Source: Eukaryota sp. TZLM1-RC (lineage: Eukaryota; Protista; Metamonada: BaSk clade). Taken from it: a stretch of 64,000 bases of DNA. Position numbers and translations under genes: made by a program. The notes beneath the pieces were generated by a model. That model saw only the letters and a list, made by a program, of their open reading frames with translations, was not told the DNA's origin and searched no databases. Numbering within the stretch: position 1 is the first letter of the stretch; each line of letters begins with the position of its first letter. Shown here piece after piece: positions 1-11,431 of the stretch. The stretch covers positions 4,059,784 through 4,123,783 of the forward strand of contig JAUPSS010000004.1 of NCBI GenBank assembly GCA_040285825.1, given 5' to 3'.

Positions 1-411
1 ACTCGACCATGTACATATCAACTTCCTGATGTCTGTTTCGGTGTTCCTTCACGACGCTTTAAACCAGATTATGATACAACCAAGTCGTGTTTGGATATTC
101 CTGAACCCGAAGTCTCTAAACAAAAGCGAAGAGGTGTGAAACCAGTCAAGATTCCTGATATTACCTTTGGAGTCACACAACCTATGCAAGATCCTATCCA
201 AACCAAAAAAATACTAGCTCATGAGTACGAAGCCAACACTTCGCATCATGGAATGCAGAAAACTCAACGGAATAAGTCCAAATCACTACACACCAAAGCG
301 TCTCTGGGCCATGCTAAGAAGTCTTCCAACCAAGACACTGTCGCCGAACCCTTTAAAATGAAGAAGTTTCTCAAAGTACCACCAAGAGTTCAGATTCCCC
401 CAACTAAGTAG
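1..411 (+). CDS. CFAP77: CFAP77/DUF4483-like flagellar protein, 5' end outside window
   Basis: Frame open from base 1 (TRPCTYQLPDVCFGVP). Contains TFG..., TKASLGH and C-terminal FKMKKFLKVPPRV motifs recalled for CFAP77. Ends TAG. Confidence 0.6.
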   Translation, partial: TRPCTYQLPDVCFGVPSRRFKPDYDTTKSCLDIPEPEVSKQKRRGVKPVKIPDITFGVTQPMQDPIQTKKILAHEYEANTSHHGMQKTQRNKSKSLHTKASLGHAKKSSNQDTVAEPFKMKKFLKVPPRVQIPPTK

Positions 412-1314
412 TTTTTTTTCAAGTTTTGTATATTATTCCAACAGTTGAGTATTAATTGATAAATTAATTGTTTAACCGTTGTTTTCTTGAGACATGATGT
501 TAAAGTCACACTAAAGCATCTTGGGAAGTAACTGGGAAAGACTGTTTCATCGACAAATCTTCGTAATATTGGGATCCAATGTGTAGATTGAATAAGTAGC
601 TACATTCAGAAGAGATTTTTATCTTGAACCAGTTAGGTTTAAGAAACTAAAGAGTTACTCTTTATTTTCCCAATAGGGTTGACAAAAGATTCAGTTCAAG
701 GCTGGAGGAGCCTCATTACTGGTAAAGAATGCACCATTAGCTTAGATTATCAATTGTTGAATTGAACCCAGATTCCCTTAAAATCATGAACTTCAATAAA
801 AAATATCAAAAATGGTCTCAAAATTCTGCTTCACGATTCCAATGTTCAACATTTCATCAGGGGTTATTTGTCAATATTAGCAGAATTGTACGAAGAACTT
901 ATCTATTTTTTGAACTTTATTACTTGTATTGCTTTCATAATCATAAGGAACCACTTTTGCTTATCACAGAGCTTATCGAATGAGTTCTTATTCCATAACT
1001 ATTTTGGTGGTCAAAAGATCTGAGAAAACATAATGTGATTTAAAACAAGATGAATGAGCAAGTTGAAATGTTAATGTTTTTCTTCAATGGGAAAGTTCTT
1101 CTGTAAAAAATTAGAAGCTAAACCACCAGGTTTAAAATGGCCAAACCATGAGAGTAATAATCGTCATTATATTGAACAATACTATCAGTTGCGCTCAAAT
1201 TATACTCATGTCAATAGCCAAAGAGTAACTCGAATATCATTGTGTGACCAATATTCACACGTTTTATTTGTTCAGTATTCAGCAACACGTTTTTGAACCA
1301 TTTAGTTGTACTTG

Positions 1315-3380
1315 TGTTAGTGCCTTTAGGCTTAAATAGAACAAGGGCAAAATAAATCAACTTTATCTCATTCACTTTATCTCTCTTTATCTTAACTTCA
1401 AGACTCAAGGCAACAATAATTATTGGCCATATTTTAGTCAAGATATACCGTAAATAACTTCAGCAAATACTACCAGCTATCAGCAAGATGTTTTCAACGT
1501 GTCAGATAGCTCTGACTTACCACATTTTTCTCACCATTTGCAGCAAGAGGAACAACACCAACAACAAGTTAAATAGGACAATGAGGCAACGGATCCGGTT
1601 CCCATCTCCTCCATCAAAGGAGAGACAATCGTAAAAACGGATAAAATTGCTCTTTCTTCTAAAACAAAAGTCAAAGGAACTGGTCCGGACCGGGATCCCA
1701 CCTCTCTTTCTGACCCATTAGTTAAAGAGGCAACGATAACGGACGCGGATTCCTCTTCCCTTCCCAACGTAGAATCCAGTAAGGATATGGATGGAAACCT
1801 TACTTTACATACATCAACCATTTTAGGCAAGTATGATGAATTTCAAACTCAACTAGATAAGATGGAAGGGGAAGATGACACCAGTAATGGTTTTTACAAA
1901 CTCTTAACAAGGGCGCGGAAACTTGATTCGAGTCAACAAACCTTTGTCTATTTGAGCAGTTCCCTTTTTATAGAGTCAAACACTGAAAAACAAAGTCGAT
2001 TGCATACGAGGTTACAAGTAGAGACGCCAGCTCCATTATTTATGTAATACGAGGGCTAAGATACGGCTGTTGCTTATTTCAACAATTTTGATCGAAAACA
2101 CAGCAGTTTAACATCAAAAGACGCCGCTTTTAGATTTCTGAACTTTGCTATTTTGCTTGCTGTTGTTTTTAGTCCAACAGAGACCCTGTATAATCATTAG
2201 CGAATCCACTATTCGGTACCATGATAGATTTACTAAACGACACTACCATGTTACTCGTTTGCGAAAAAAAGAAGAAGCAGAGCGTTTTTGTGTAGCGATT
2301 AAAACATACTCAACAAAATAATCAAACACACAGATCTTGGATCTATCCTATTCTACATTATTATCAAAGAGTTATAGTTCATCAATTGTCGAACTTAAAA
2401 GTGTAAACCCAATGTCTGTGTCAATTTCAATCAGCGCAGAGATGATAGTAAAAAATAGAAAACACTAGTATTTAGTTATTAGTATTTTGTATATTTATAG
2501 TTCTTATAGTTGGTAGTTTATTAGTTTATTAGTTTAAACCATACTTGCAAAATACAAGGGCCAAAAAATAATACAAATACAAATACAGAAATACAAATCC
2601 AAAATACAAATACAGAAATACAAAATACAGATGTTTATCCAGTTGGTGTTTTAGTCAGAATTTCGAATGTATAAGGTTACTCTCTACGTTTTTTTAATAC
2701 ACTGTTATTCTTTTTTGCTATTCTTCTCGGTTTTCCTGCTGATGGGCCCACACAAGCGTGCATTAGTGAACTATCGACTTCTTCGTCGATTTCATCAATT
2801 AAGCTTTGTGTGTCTTCGGGAGCGACACTTGTGATCTCGACTGGTTCAGGATCAAACTCAATGTCATCGTCATCACAAAACATAACCATAGTTTCCAGCT
2901 CAGCAACAATATCACTTTCAGGAAGATGAATATTATTTTCAATGAATGAGTTGTCAATCTGACTCAATTTATCTCCCCACTTATCTCACTTATCTTAGAT
3001 CGTTTTATTGCTATTGACGATATGGGTCTTAAAACCGGGAGGAGGTTCAAGTTTGAAAGACTTCTGGTAGTGGGGGGTGGAGGAAGATGTCATAATCAGA
3101 ATGCAAAACACGGTAAACCTAATTTTATAATGTGCAACAAAATACAAAAAAATACAAATACATCGGAAAAAAAATACAAATACAAATACAAAGAAAATAC
3201 AGAATACAAATAAATACAGAAAATGGTATTTTGCAAGTATGGTTTAAAGCTAATTAAGTTTGAAAAACGGAAGAAGCAGTGTTGGCGCCTTTAGGCTTAA
3301 ATAGAATAAGGGTAAAATAAATCTACTTTATCTCATTCACTGTATCTCACTTTATCTTAAATTCACGACTTAAGGCAACA
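1315..3380 (+). mobile_element. Non-autonomous LTR retroelement (TRIM-like), copy 1
   Basis: 101-bp TG..CA direct repeats at 1315-1415 and 3280-3380. 4-bp TSD CTTG (1311-1314, 3381-3384). PPT GAAAAACGGAAGAAGCAG abuts the 3' LTR. No pol. Interior homologous to 40868-41924. Confidence 0.92.
2533..3248. mobile_element. MITE / non-autonomous TIR DNA transposon nested in the LTR element
   Basis: Perfect 23-bp inverted repeat TTTAAACCATACTTGCAAAATAC (2533-2555 / 3226-3248, target bases included). Subterminal AAATAC arrays. Absent from the sister element near 41890. Acidic ORF remnant 2677-2967 (-). Confidence 0.85.
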
Positions 3381-4008
3381 CTTGCGACTTTAGTTAATAA
3401 TGCTGCAATTACCGGAATTGTAATGAAGCGTTATTGAGGAGAAACTCTATGTTGATGATAGAGTTCAGTGAGTTACCTTTGGAACAATTCAAAAGTACAC
3501 TTTTGGGCCTATCAAACATTTGATGATTGCCAGTCAAAAAGCTATGAAATCACTGATCATATAGAAAAAACTTGATGAAGAGTTTTTTAATACAACAGAA
3601 TACCAAACTTTCTATGATATTCTTGACAAAATGGACAAAATGGACTATAAGTACGTCAAATTCAAATTCCACGTCAAAGACAGAAGGTCTAATTTACCAA
3701 ACATCTTCTATGAATGATATAGAACATTATATCCAACTAAAAACCATTGAATGCAAAATCAGATGCAATGTAGATCTCATATGAGATAAACTGAACTGAA
3801 CTGATCAACCGATTAAAAGCCAAATTAAAAGCTGATACTAATAATTGTCTTTGGTATAGTGGATTGAGAGAGGAAATGGATCAAGCAATAATTGCAAATA
3901 CAAAGACACTTTGCTTAAATCTGTACAATGACAGCAAAGCCCCCTGGGTTAACATTATCGAAATTTTGGTAATTCATTCAACCCTTTCGACTCATTGGAC
4001 CTCAAACA

Positions 4009-4704
4009 ATGTGTTCTCCACTCAATCTTACTGTCATCAAACGCTATGATAAAAAGGCACAACGTGTGCTCTTCACTCTTTCTGTCTTTCACTACCAATA
4101 TAACTCAAATTATGACCCCAAAACTGACCCTAAGGAGAACTGTTGGCAAAAGCGTTCTGCCATCGGCACGCAGATGGCACAATTGTTCATATATGAGCGC
4201 AAGAGCCCCCACGCACCTAAACACGCTTTTATAATTATGGAAGTGATGAATGAAGATTGGAAACCCATTGCAGAACCCATTGAACCTTCTCGGGGGTTTC
4301 AACGTGCTTCTCCCACTACTCTCACCTATTATTCGGTTACTGGTAATCGACGACTTATCTCAACCAAGGACAACATTGTGTCAATGGATAGTTTGTATGA
4401 AATGTTGACAACTCTGGTACAAGAAGCACCTTCCTCCGAAATTCAACCTAGTCCTGCTTCACGAATTACAAAGAACCCTGTCCAGCGTCAGCTTTCATGG
4501 CAAAGTTTTAGCCCAAGGGCAGGCTCTCCAACCATTCTGCAGGTTAAGGAAGAAGTTCCAAAAAAGGATGTCTCCATGGAAGTGTTCACTGAAAACAATA
4601 ATCCAAAGATGGATGATTTGGATGAAGATTCAATGGTATTTAAATCCATTGTTTTGAATACTGATTTTATGGAGAGTTTCATTTCATTGATGGAGAAGTT
4701 TTGA
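4009..4704 (+). CDS. DCP1: DCP1-like mRNA decapping cofactor (EVH1 domain)
   Basis: N-terminal LNLTVIKRYD...W.K...G..LFIYER...P.HAFIIM matches the Dcp1 EVH1 pattern. S/P-rich linker and C-terminal helix. Confidence 0.65.
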   Translation: MCSPLNLTVIKRYDKKAQRVLFTLSVFHYQYNSNYDPKTDPKENCWQKRSAIGTQMAQLFIYERKSPHAPKHAFIIMEVMNEDWKPIAEPIEPSRGFQRASPTTLTYYSVTGNRRLISTKDNIVSMDSLYEMLTTLVQEAPSSEIQPSPASRITKNPVQRQLSWQSFSPRAGSPTILQVKEEVPKKDVSMEVFTENNNPKMDDLDEDSMVFKSIVLNTDFMESFISLMEKF

Positions 4705-4774
4705 TTTCAGCAACAGTGTATTAATTGTGTATTATGAAAAAATACATTTTTGAAATAATTAATTATTTTGATTT

Positions 4775-5983
4775 TTAATTTGAAAATTTTCCTAAAACAG
4801 AGCTATACATATCTGGGGTAATATCAATAATTTCGAAAGCAGAAAATAATTCATGCTCTTCTATTTCATTAACGTTCTTGATAGCCTTCAATGCATGTTC
4901 AAAATCCAAAACTAATTCAACCTTGATCAAAGACAATATCGCCAAAGACGTCCTCATCAGAGTTACATCACCTAAGAGAAACCAGTTATCCCAAATGCGG
5001 GCCACACAATCCAGAGAAAGCGACCGAGAAAACACGGTATTGAACCAATCATGTAGATAAAGGGAACAGTGTAAATCTATTTGTTTGAAATATGTTGCAA
5101 TATTTGGAAGGTATTGAAGTAAAAAATGGTCAAATAATTTGTAATAAATGTCAATTCTTGACTGATTAAATGTATAAAAACAACTCAAAATAGGGTTATT
5201 CACTATTATATTCGAAAAACAAGTAAATGCAGAGTGTGGTTCTAAAAATAGTAACAAGACACTTTGGATAAAGCTCATGCCCTGAACATAACCAATGTCA
5301 GGCCTATATTCAACAAAGGCAACCAGGCAATTATAAAGGGAAGTTCGCCAAGGACCTTCTGAGAAAAAAGAAAGGGTTGGGAAGGTCCTGGGAATATCAG
5401 TATCAATGAGTTTCATGGACATTTCATTCGCCACAAATGAATGATCACTGTTTGCTTTCCTGTGGTGTTTCTCAATGAGGGCATTAAAAAGTGATTTAGT
5501 AATGCCCAGAGGATTCCCTACAACTAATGGCCAGATATGCTTCCTATAACAAGAAGGAATGCCCTTAGAGAACAGCTTTTTTGCTTTTCTTGTGGTAATA
5601 ATGGAAGGAAGGTGAGGAATGATCTGAGATGACCAAATCTTTAAGTTTTTAGCTTTTTCTGCTTCAAGTTTGGCTCGGAACTTGCGTTGTTGTTGGAGAC
5701 GCTTAGCTTCACGTCGCTGTGATCTTTTAGAATCGCGTTGGAGTCTGGAAAAGTCTTCAAGTTGGCGATTAGCTTCAGAAGTTGGTTTTGCTGGAACTTC
5801 AGTACCAGAGACAGTGTGAATAGGGCGGTTGTAAATGTGAGGAGTAAGAGAAGATATATCTTCATCTTTAAGATTGAGTGTACGTATTTGAAAAACATCA
5901 GCGGGTGGCTTCATAGTGGAAGTATCATCAACAGGAGGAGAATATCGTATTGGAGGAGGAAGTGGGGCTTCGTGGTTGTGCAT
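4775..5983 (-). CDS. TBC-domain Rab GTPase-activating protein (TBC1D12/14-like)
   Basis: GIPSCYRKHIW, IDTDIPRTFP (Arg finger), GYVQGMSF (Gln finger), RIWD. Intact 402 aa, TAA stop. Confidence 0.92.
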   Translation of the reverse strand: MHNHEAPLPPPIRYSPPVDDTSTMKPPADVFQIRTLNLKDEDISSLTPHIYNRPIHTVSGTEVPAKPTSEANRQLEDFSRLQRDSKRSQRREAKRLQQQRKFRAKLEAEKAKNLKIWSSQIIPHLPSIITTRKAKKLFSKGIPSCYRKHIWPLVVGNPLGITKSLFNALIEKHHRKANSDHSFVANEMSMKLIDTDIPRTFPTLSFFSEGPWRTSLYNCLVAFVEYRPDIGYVQGMSFIQSVLLLFLEPHSAFTCFSNIIVNNPILSCFYTFNQSRIDIYYKLFDHFLLQYLPNIATYFKQIDLHCSLYLHDWFNTVFSRSLSLDCVARIWDNWFLLGDVTLMRTSLAILSLIKVELVLDFEHALKAIKNVNEIEEHELFSAFEIIDITPDMYSSVLGKFSN

Positions 5984-6260
5984 AAAGTTGTGGTATTATG
6001 GCCCACAATGTGTGAGCAGAATTTCGGGTTAAATGATTTCTTAATCATAGAAAAAATTCCTCCATGACTGCCATACAGACAGAAGGTTCCACACAATTCG
6101 ACACCAAGGGCAGTCCTCTATCCTGAATTGATTGATATCCATCGATTTCACAATTTTGAAAGAACTTGGAGTAAATTGTACAACTCTACTCTGACATTCT
6201 GATTCTTCGCATCACGATTTGCTAATTGCTTGGTTTTATTTTAAAAAATAAAAAATGAAA

Positions 6261-7646
6261 TTAATCTGTTTTTACTAAAGAATTGTTTTCACCTTTACAT
6301 GCTTTTGTTACTCTCTTAACTATAGGGAATGGAGACTTGTTGATAAACAAATAAACACCATTTCCAAAATGACTAATAAATCTACTAGAATAAATTCGAG
6401 AAATACCCTGTTCTTCCACAAGCAAACTAACCTTCTCTATAAAAGAACAATAAACATTAAGAAAAGAGGCTAGTTTATCCTTAGGAAGAAAAGTTTCAGA
6501 TTCAAACTGCATGGCTTCAGACTCCACCACTTGTTCATAGAGATCGCCGGCATAAAACTTTAACAGAGAAAGGGCCAGCAAAAGTGGATCTAATCGGTGA
6601 TAGACTTGATGAAGCACAATAAGATCAAGCATTCCAATACACTGTTCCTCTAAGACAGGACTAACTTCTGCATCTAGAGCTTCAGCAACGGCCAGCAGTT
6701 CAACAAGTAATTGATAGCTTGAGGGTATTCGAAGTCTCCATTGAAGGATGTTCAGAACAATAGATTCCATGGCAAACAGCTCTTCTCTTTCCACCAACTC
6801 TTCTAGAACCAATGAATTAAACTCGGAAACCCCCTCTGACTGATTGACCTTCACTGCAATCATCAGACAAGTAACTCCTATCAACTGAATCTTGGAGCTA
6901 TAAGGCACACTTCCAAATGTGAAAAGCGACCGTATAACTCTGTCGAAAAAGGAAACAGCAAGGTAAAACGTCTGCCTTTCAAGGGGGAAGATAAGAGAAA
7001 ACTCCATTAGCCAGTCAACCAATACACTACGCTTTAACGATGGCTGGTCTGTTCCCTGATCAAATGTCCAAGGGCAGGCAGACAAGACAACTCGCCTTGG
7101 AGGAAGGGCCCTTCGCTTTTCATATCGGAGAAAAGTGGATAGAGCAAGAGACTTGAGGAACCGAGGCAAAGAAGGTTTGGTTGGACTGAACGGTGTGGTT
7201 AACGTAGACAAGGACGAGCACCATAGGGAGTGGTAAATTCTGGCCGGATCTTTCACCTTATACCACGTCACAACGTTGTCTTCCGTCTCAGAAGCGGATA
7301 TAGCAAATTGAACATTGCTATCAGCAGTTACGGTCCACTCATGTAGGCGTCCAAGAAAGTATTCACAGCATGCTTCATTGACCTTGTGTATATTGAGAAC
7401 TCGATCTGCACGTCGAGGATTTGGAAGGGCGGCCAGTCGACCCTGGTCATCACGGAGTACAAATGATGTGATAGTATGGTTACTGTGTTTGTAGGAGTAC
7501 GATTCAGCCCCACCAGCAACAAGAGACGACTTAGGGTAGTGCAGGATTGTGCGACAAGAAGACTCAGCATAGGCGCAGTTAGAGCGTTTTACAGGTGGCA
7601 AATTGTCCAGATATGTCCTTCTGGATCGAGCATTCATAAACACCAC
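6261..7646 (-). CDS. Cyclin (cyclin N-terminal box)
   Basis: RSVLVDWLMEF...LERQTFYLAVSFFDR...IQLIGVTCLMIAVK...ME..VL..LQWRL cyclin box. The 5' end is uncertain because a CTAAC...TAG acceptor lies just upstream. Confidence 0.88.
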   Translation of the reverse strand: MVFMNARSRRTYLDNLPPVKRSNCAYAESSCRTILHYPKSSLVAGGAESYSYKHSNHTITSFVLRDDQGRLAALPNPRRADRVLNIHKVNEACCEYFLGRLHEWTVTADSNVQFAISASETEDNVVTWYKVKDPARIYHSLWCSSLSTLTTPFSPTKPSLPRFLKSLALSTFLRYEKRRALPPRRVVLSACPWTFDQGTDQPSLKRSVLVDWLMEFSLIFPLERQTFYLAVSFFDRVIRSLFTFGSVPYSSKIQLIGVTCLMIAVKVNQSEGVSEFNSLVLEELVEREELFAMESIVLNILQWRLRIPSSYQLLVELLAVAEALDAEVSPVLEEQCIGMLDLIVLHQVYHRLDPLLLALSLLKFYAGDLYEQVVESEAMQFESETFLPKDKLASFLNVYCSFIEKVSLLVEEQGISRIYSSRFISHFGNGVYLFINKSPFPIVKRVTKACKGENNSLVKTD

Positions 7647-7799
7647 CTACGTATAGAGGGGTTAGGTATGTGGTTCCATTGTGTGAACAGCAACATCGTG
7701 AGATGACAAAGAAAATGTCTTGCCAACATTTTTCTCATCCCATGAGATCTGTCTACTTTGTGTTTTTGTTTCAGCTTCGAGAAAGGAGTATTAGATTTG

Positions 7800-8400
7800 A
7801 TTCCTAGAAATCACATGACTTTTGATTAAGCAATGCATTATGTTTATATTTGCTTATATGATTATTCTTATGTCCAACCTAAACCGTGCTAGTGTGGACT
7901 CTGATAAGCATAATCAGGAATTTGGGACATTTAACATCCCAGTAATTGTGATCAAAGTTTTCAGTGAACTTCTGGGCCAAAGGCCTAGAGATGAGAAGAT
8001 TTGTAGATCCAAATAAATGATTAAAAATGGAATTAAAACAAAGTCTTAAAGTGGAAAGTTTGATATGTTTTTGTATATCCAATTTCATCATTTGGTCAAT
8101 ATTTTCGGAAATTAAGTTCAACTTATCAAACAATTCTTTGGTGACTTCATCATTATTTCCTAAAAACGAACCCAAATGAACGAATAGCATCAGTTGAATA
8201 TAACTATAAAAATAGTAAGAGTTGTTTGTTTAAAATGAATAAACAAGGACATTTGCACAGATTCATTGGTGCACTCAATGTCAAGGTGAGTTTGAATGTA
8301 CGTCCAAAATGTAGGGTGCACTGCTAAAATACTGATGGATTAGGCATCATAATTAGCATAAAGTCTTTAACAACAACTAAAGGTCAAAACCTTTATTGAT
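7800..8400 (-). pseudogene. Degraded CRE-like LINE fragment (RT C-terminal region)
   Basis: HLGSFLGNNDEVT...KHIKL..LRLCFNS..NHL is homologous to 42030-42200 and to the 43011-45002 RT tail. Confidence 0.7.
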
Positions 8401-8438
8401 GTTAATAACTCAGATTAATACTAAAAGACACTCCATGG

Positions 8439-9137
8439 TCAACGTTTTTTTAATATTATAATAAAACAATCTTCTGGAAAACTCAATAAGGAAAAATGAA
8501 GCAAACACCTATCTAAAGCTTCAAAAAGTAATTCATGAGCAACGTTACTTCTTTTCTTGTAGGCAATGACGGCCTCTCCATCATCAGTTATGAGCTCTTC
8601 AACAGTTTCAAAGAGCGGGGTAAAGCATGTTGGATCATACAAAACATCTGCGCCATAAACTAAGTCGAATTTACCATATTCAAGGGAAAACCTATTGGCA
8701 TTGTCCCTCTCCCATTCAAGGATATGAGACTCAATGCTAAGACAGTTGACATTGGCATTTTTTGAGATAAGATCAACGATTTCTCTCTCTCCATCTGTGG
8801 CAAAAACATGGTCAACACTACAATACTTTTTAACAAAAAGACTGGGAAGTGCAATTCCTGCACCAAGTTCTAAAGCCTATGATTAGCAAATCATTTGGTA
8901 GGTAAAAACTTTTGAACAAGAAGAAAATACAGTTGTAATATTGAGAAGAAGATACTCTAAGAGTACATGTGTAGCCGGCCACAAAACTGTTCCTGTCCGA
9001 TCACAATCTGTACTTGCTGCCTTCGAACAGTAAGCATTGACAGTGAAGTCCTTATGATGATAAAGGTTGAGAATGTAATCAGTGGTTGTGAAGAGATTTA
9101 GAAAGGCATCTTCATAATCATCTTCTGTAGCAATCAT
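8439..9137 (-). CDS. METTL21/METTL23-family (Methyltransf_16) lysine methyltransferase, one intron 8877-8909
   Basis: ATG at 9137. TGTVLWPA, then after a 33-nt GT..CTAAT..AG intron ALELGAG, FATDG, LEW, FDLVYGADVLYD. Spliced frame intact to TGA. Confidence 0.9.
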
Positions 9138-9142
9138 TGAAA

Positions 9143-9300
9143 CAGATATTGTGTATAACAATGAATTGAAATAAGTGTCCTTTTTACACCAATGTAGAGG
9201 GACTGAGTTTTTGAGAAGTAGAAGATTTTCTCCTTGACACCATTTCCTTTGAACCTTCATCAACCTTGGCTCTCTGTCGGTATACCGGGCTATCTCCACC
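9143..9300 (-). ncRNA. Predicted Fanzor omegaRNA scaffold, copy A; guide would continue into TTTCA-ATG-ATT-GCT...
   Basis: Conserved, hairpin-rich ~150 nt between the RuvC-III coding region and the element end. This is where TnpB/Fanzor omegaRNAs are encoded. Confidence 0.65.
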
Positions 9301-11431
9301 TTTTACATGTGCTTTTATCACAGCCAACATATTCAGCGAAGCATTTCGATCTGTATTCCACAAACTTTCACATGATTTACACATGGTAAGCCCATGACGA
9401 ATAGACATCTCATGTCTCTTCCATAGCCTAGGATTTTGTGCGCTTTCTTACAGTTGAAACAACAGCAACTGGTTCAAAACTCATCAATTAATAAGACCTT
9501 ATAACCAGCCTTTTTAAATAGAATTCTCAAACCTTTTTCTTTGGTAGGTCCTTTGAATTTCATGTGTTTTCGTTGTTCCCAGTCTCCAATTCCAATAGCT
9601 ACTTGGCCTGGATCAGCAATTACTGATTTGAATCTCTGTATCATCTTTGCTTCAGCTCTTGTGCGATTAATCTCAGCCGACCATCTTAGTTTCCTAAATT
9701 ATTTTTGATGATAGACTTCACCAACAATACTGTTCACAAAATTCTTTTGTTTAATATAGGCCATAAATCTATCAAACCTGCAGCGTTTGAAATTGAATTG
9801 GGATAAAGTTGCTTCCCGTTCTACTGCAGGTTTAGTTTTTTGTTCATTATTTCTCAAATTCAATGAGTAATCAATTTCGTGGGGAATATTGCTTTCTTGA
9901 GGTACTTCATCTCTTAATAAACTAATTGTTCTTTCAGTCATTTGATTAATTATACTGCTGTATAAATCCATCCTTTGTTCTTGCTCTTCAGATGGTTCAT
10001 AATTGGATAGATCAATCACTCTATTAGTAGAGTTACTTATTGTGATAAGAGTGTCATTCCGTATGCTGTCTCTTATTCTTTTGAATTTGGAACTTTTTGA
10101 CTCAAATCTTCGTTGATTTTGAGTGTACCTGAAATGAACATATTTATCTCTCTGTGGTTTTTTGAATGAGTCATTCCAGTAGCTAAATTGGCAGAGAAAT
10201 AGAGTAGATCAGATTTCCCTGGATCAGTAGCTGCAAGGGTCCTATCTTGGAATTCAGAAGGATTGATGCTGGGGTCATCAATATACTTTTCTTTATCTTT
10301 TTATTCTTTTGCAGTTATTTTGTACTTTTTCAAGTCCATTCTAGATTGAATGAAACTTACTGCTGTTCCATCAGTCTCGATACTAGACATCCTGTACTTT
10401 GAATTTTCTGAATAAAGATTAGTGTTTTGAATCTTATCCATTTTCAAAAAGGTATTCCATAAAAACAAATCAGCAGCTTGATTATTGCATTGGTAAAAAA
10501 ACCTTGGACCGGGAATGTCCTTGAATTGGGCAAAGAACAAGTCCAACAAACTTGTCTTGTCAATTCTGATATACGAGGGAATACAAGAATTCGTCAAAGG
10601 CAGAGCATGAAAGAATTTGCTCTCCTCATATTCTAGATAATTATTTATATACAACAATGCCCCCAAATACAAATTTGATTTCGATGAAAAATCAAATTTT
10701 GAATACTTTTCCCTTTTAGTAGTGGGAAGTAAGAGAGGGATCCGGTCATTAATGAAAAGCAAAGTAATTGATGAGACTTTATTTCTCATTGCAGAAGTTT
10801 CACCGTCAATATCTCTACATCCCTCTAGATGAAGAGGTTCAACTTTGCTGATGAATGATGAGAAGTTTTTCTTATCTTGCTTTTTCAGAACATTGTTGTT
10901 TCTCTTAACATCATAGAGAACATCAACAAACCGATTCAAGTAATCAAAGTAGTGCCCTGGGATGTTATTTGTGAAATTCACAATCAGTTTGTCAATTGTG
11001 TAATACAAAATATAACTTATTCTCTTTTTTGATAAAACTTTACAACCAAGTTTTTTTCTAAAGTGTTGGTGATAAAATTCCTACAACGAAGCACAACGAA
11101 GATTTTGCAAAGCTGTTTTTGTCTTTGGGCTGAGGGAACTTTCCTCCTCACTTTGGGACGTGACTATAAGAAAAGCGTCACGAAATTCCTGGGTTTCAAT
11201 TTTTGGTAAAATAGCATTTGGGTTTAAGTCAAAAATATGCAAATAGTAACCACAAATGAATTCTAAACCAACAATAGAAATTTTTTGACACCTAATTACT
11301 GCCTCATCGATCACGTCAAGCATTTTCGGATCTCTGATGACACTTTTTAGACTGTCTTCATAACCATCATAAGGTTTATGTTTAACAGTTTCCATGAATT
11401 GGTCATTGTTAAAGAAATTAAATAATTTCAT
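9184..11431 (-). pseudogene. Fanzor1-like RNA-guided endonuclease, disrupted
   Basis: N-terminal SLKSVIRD...I.EAV.R. Then IETDGTAVS, RuvC-I TDPGK, RYTQNQRRFE, FRKLRW, IGDWEQRKHMKFKGPTK, a RuvC-II region (LLIDE, frameshifted), Zn ribbon, WNTDRNASLNM. Stops at 11081, 10301 and 9699 plus indels. Confidence 0.88.

Noticed and set aside
2560-3225. CRISPR array or telomeric repeat
   Set aside because: These are irregular 6-7-nt units without spacers, confined inside a TIR element. No CRISPR, tRNA or rRNA was recognised in the window.
8439-9137. Docked genes are retrocopies captured by the element
   Set aside because: The methyltransferase and tryptophanase genes retain introns, and no poly(A) or TSD brackets element plus gene.
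9143-9170. Canonical Helitron 3' end
   Set aside because: The end is CTGT/CTGC rather than CTRR, the hairpin is AT-rich, and no Rep/helicase is visible. A rolling-circle relative is not excluded.
8883-9299. Element-host fusion protein (ORFs 8883-9299 and 23603-23992 read through the element end into the host ATG)
   Set aside because: Not conserved: copy C has an in-frame TAG at 54012-54014 and copy B has a different spacing. Host homology starts at the downstream ATG.
9699-9701. TAA reassigned to an amino acid, making the Fanzors intact
   Set aside because: Host genes end at TAA (4775, 6261, 26494, 54650, 58739) and have no internal TAA. The copies also carry TAG/TGA stops and frameshifts.
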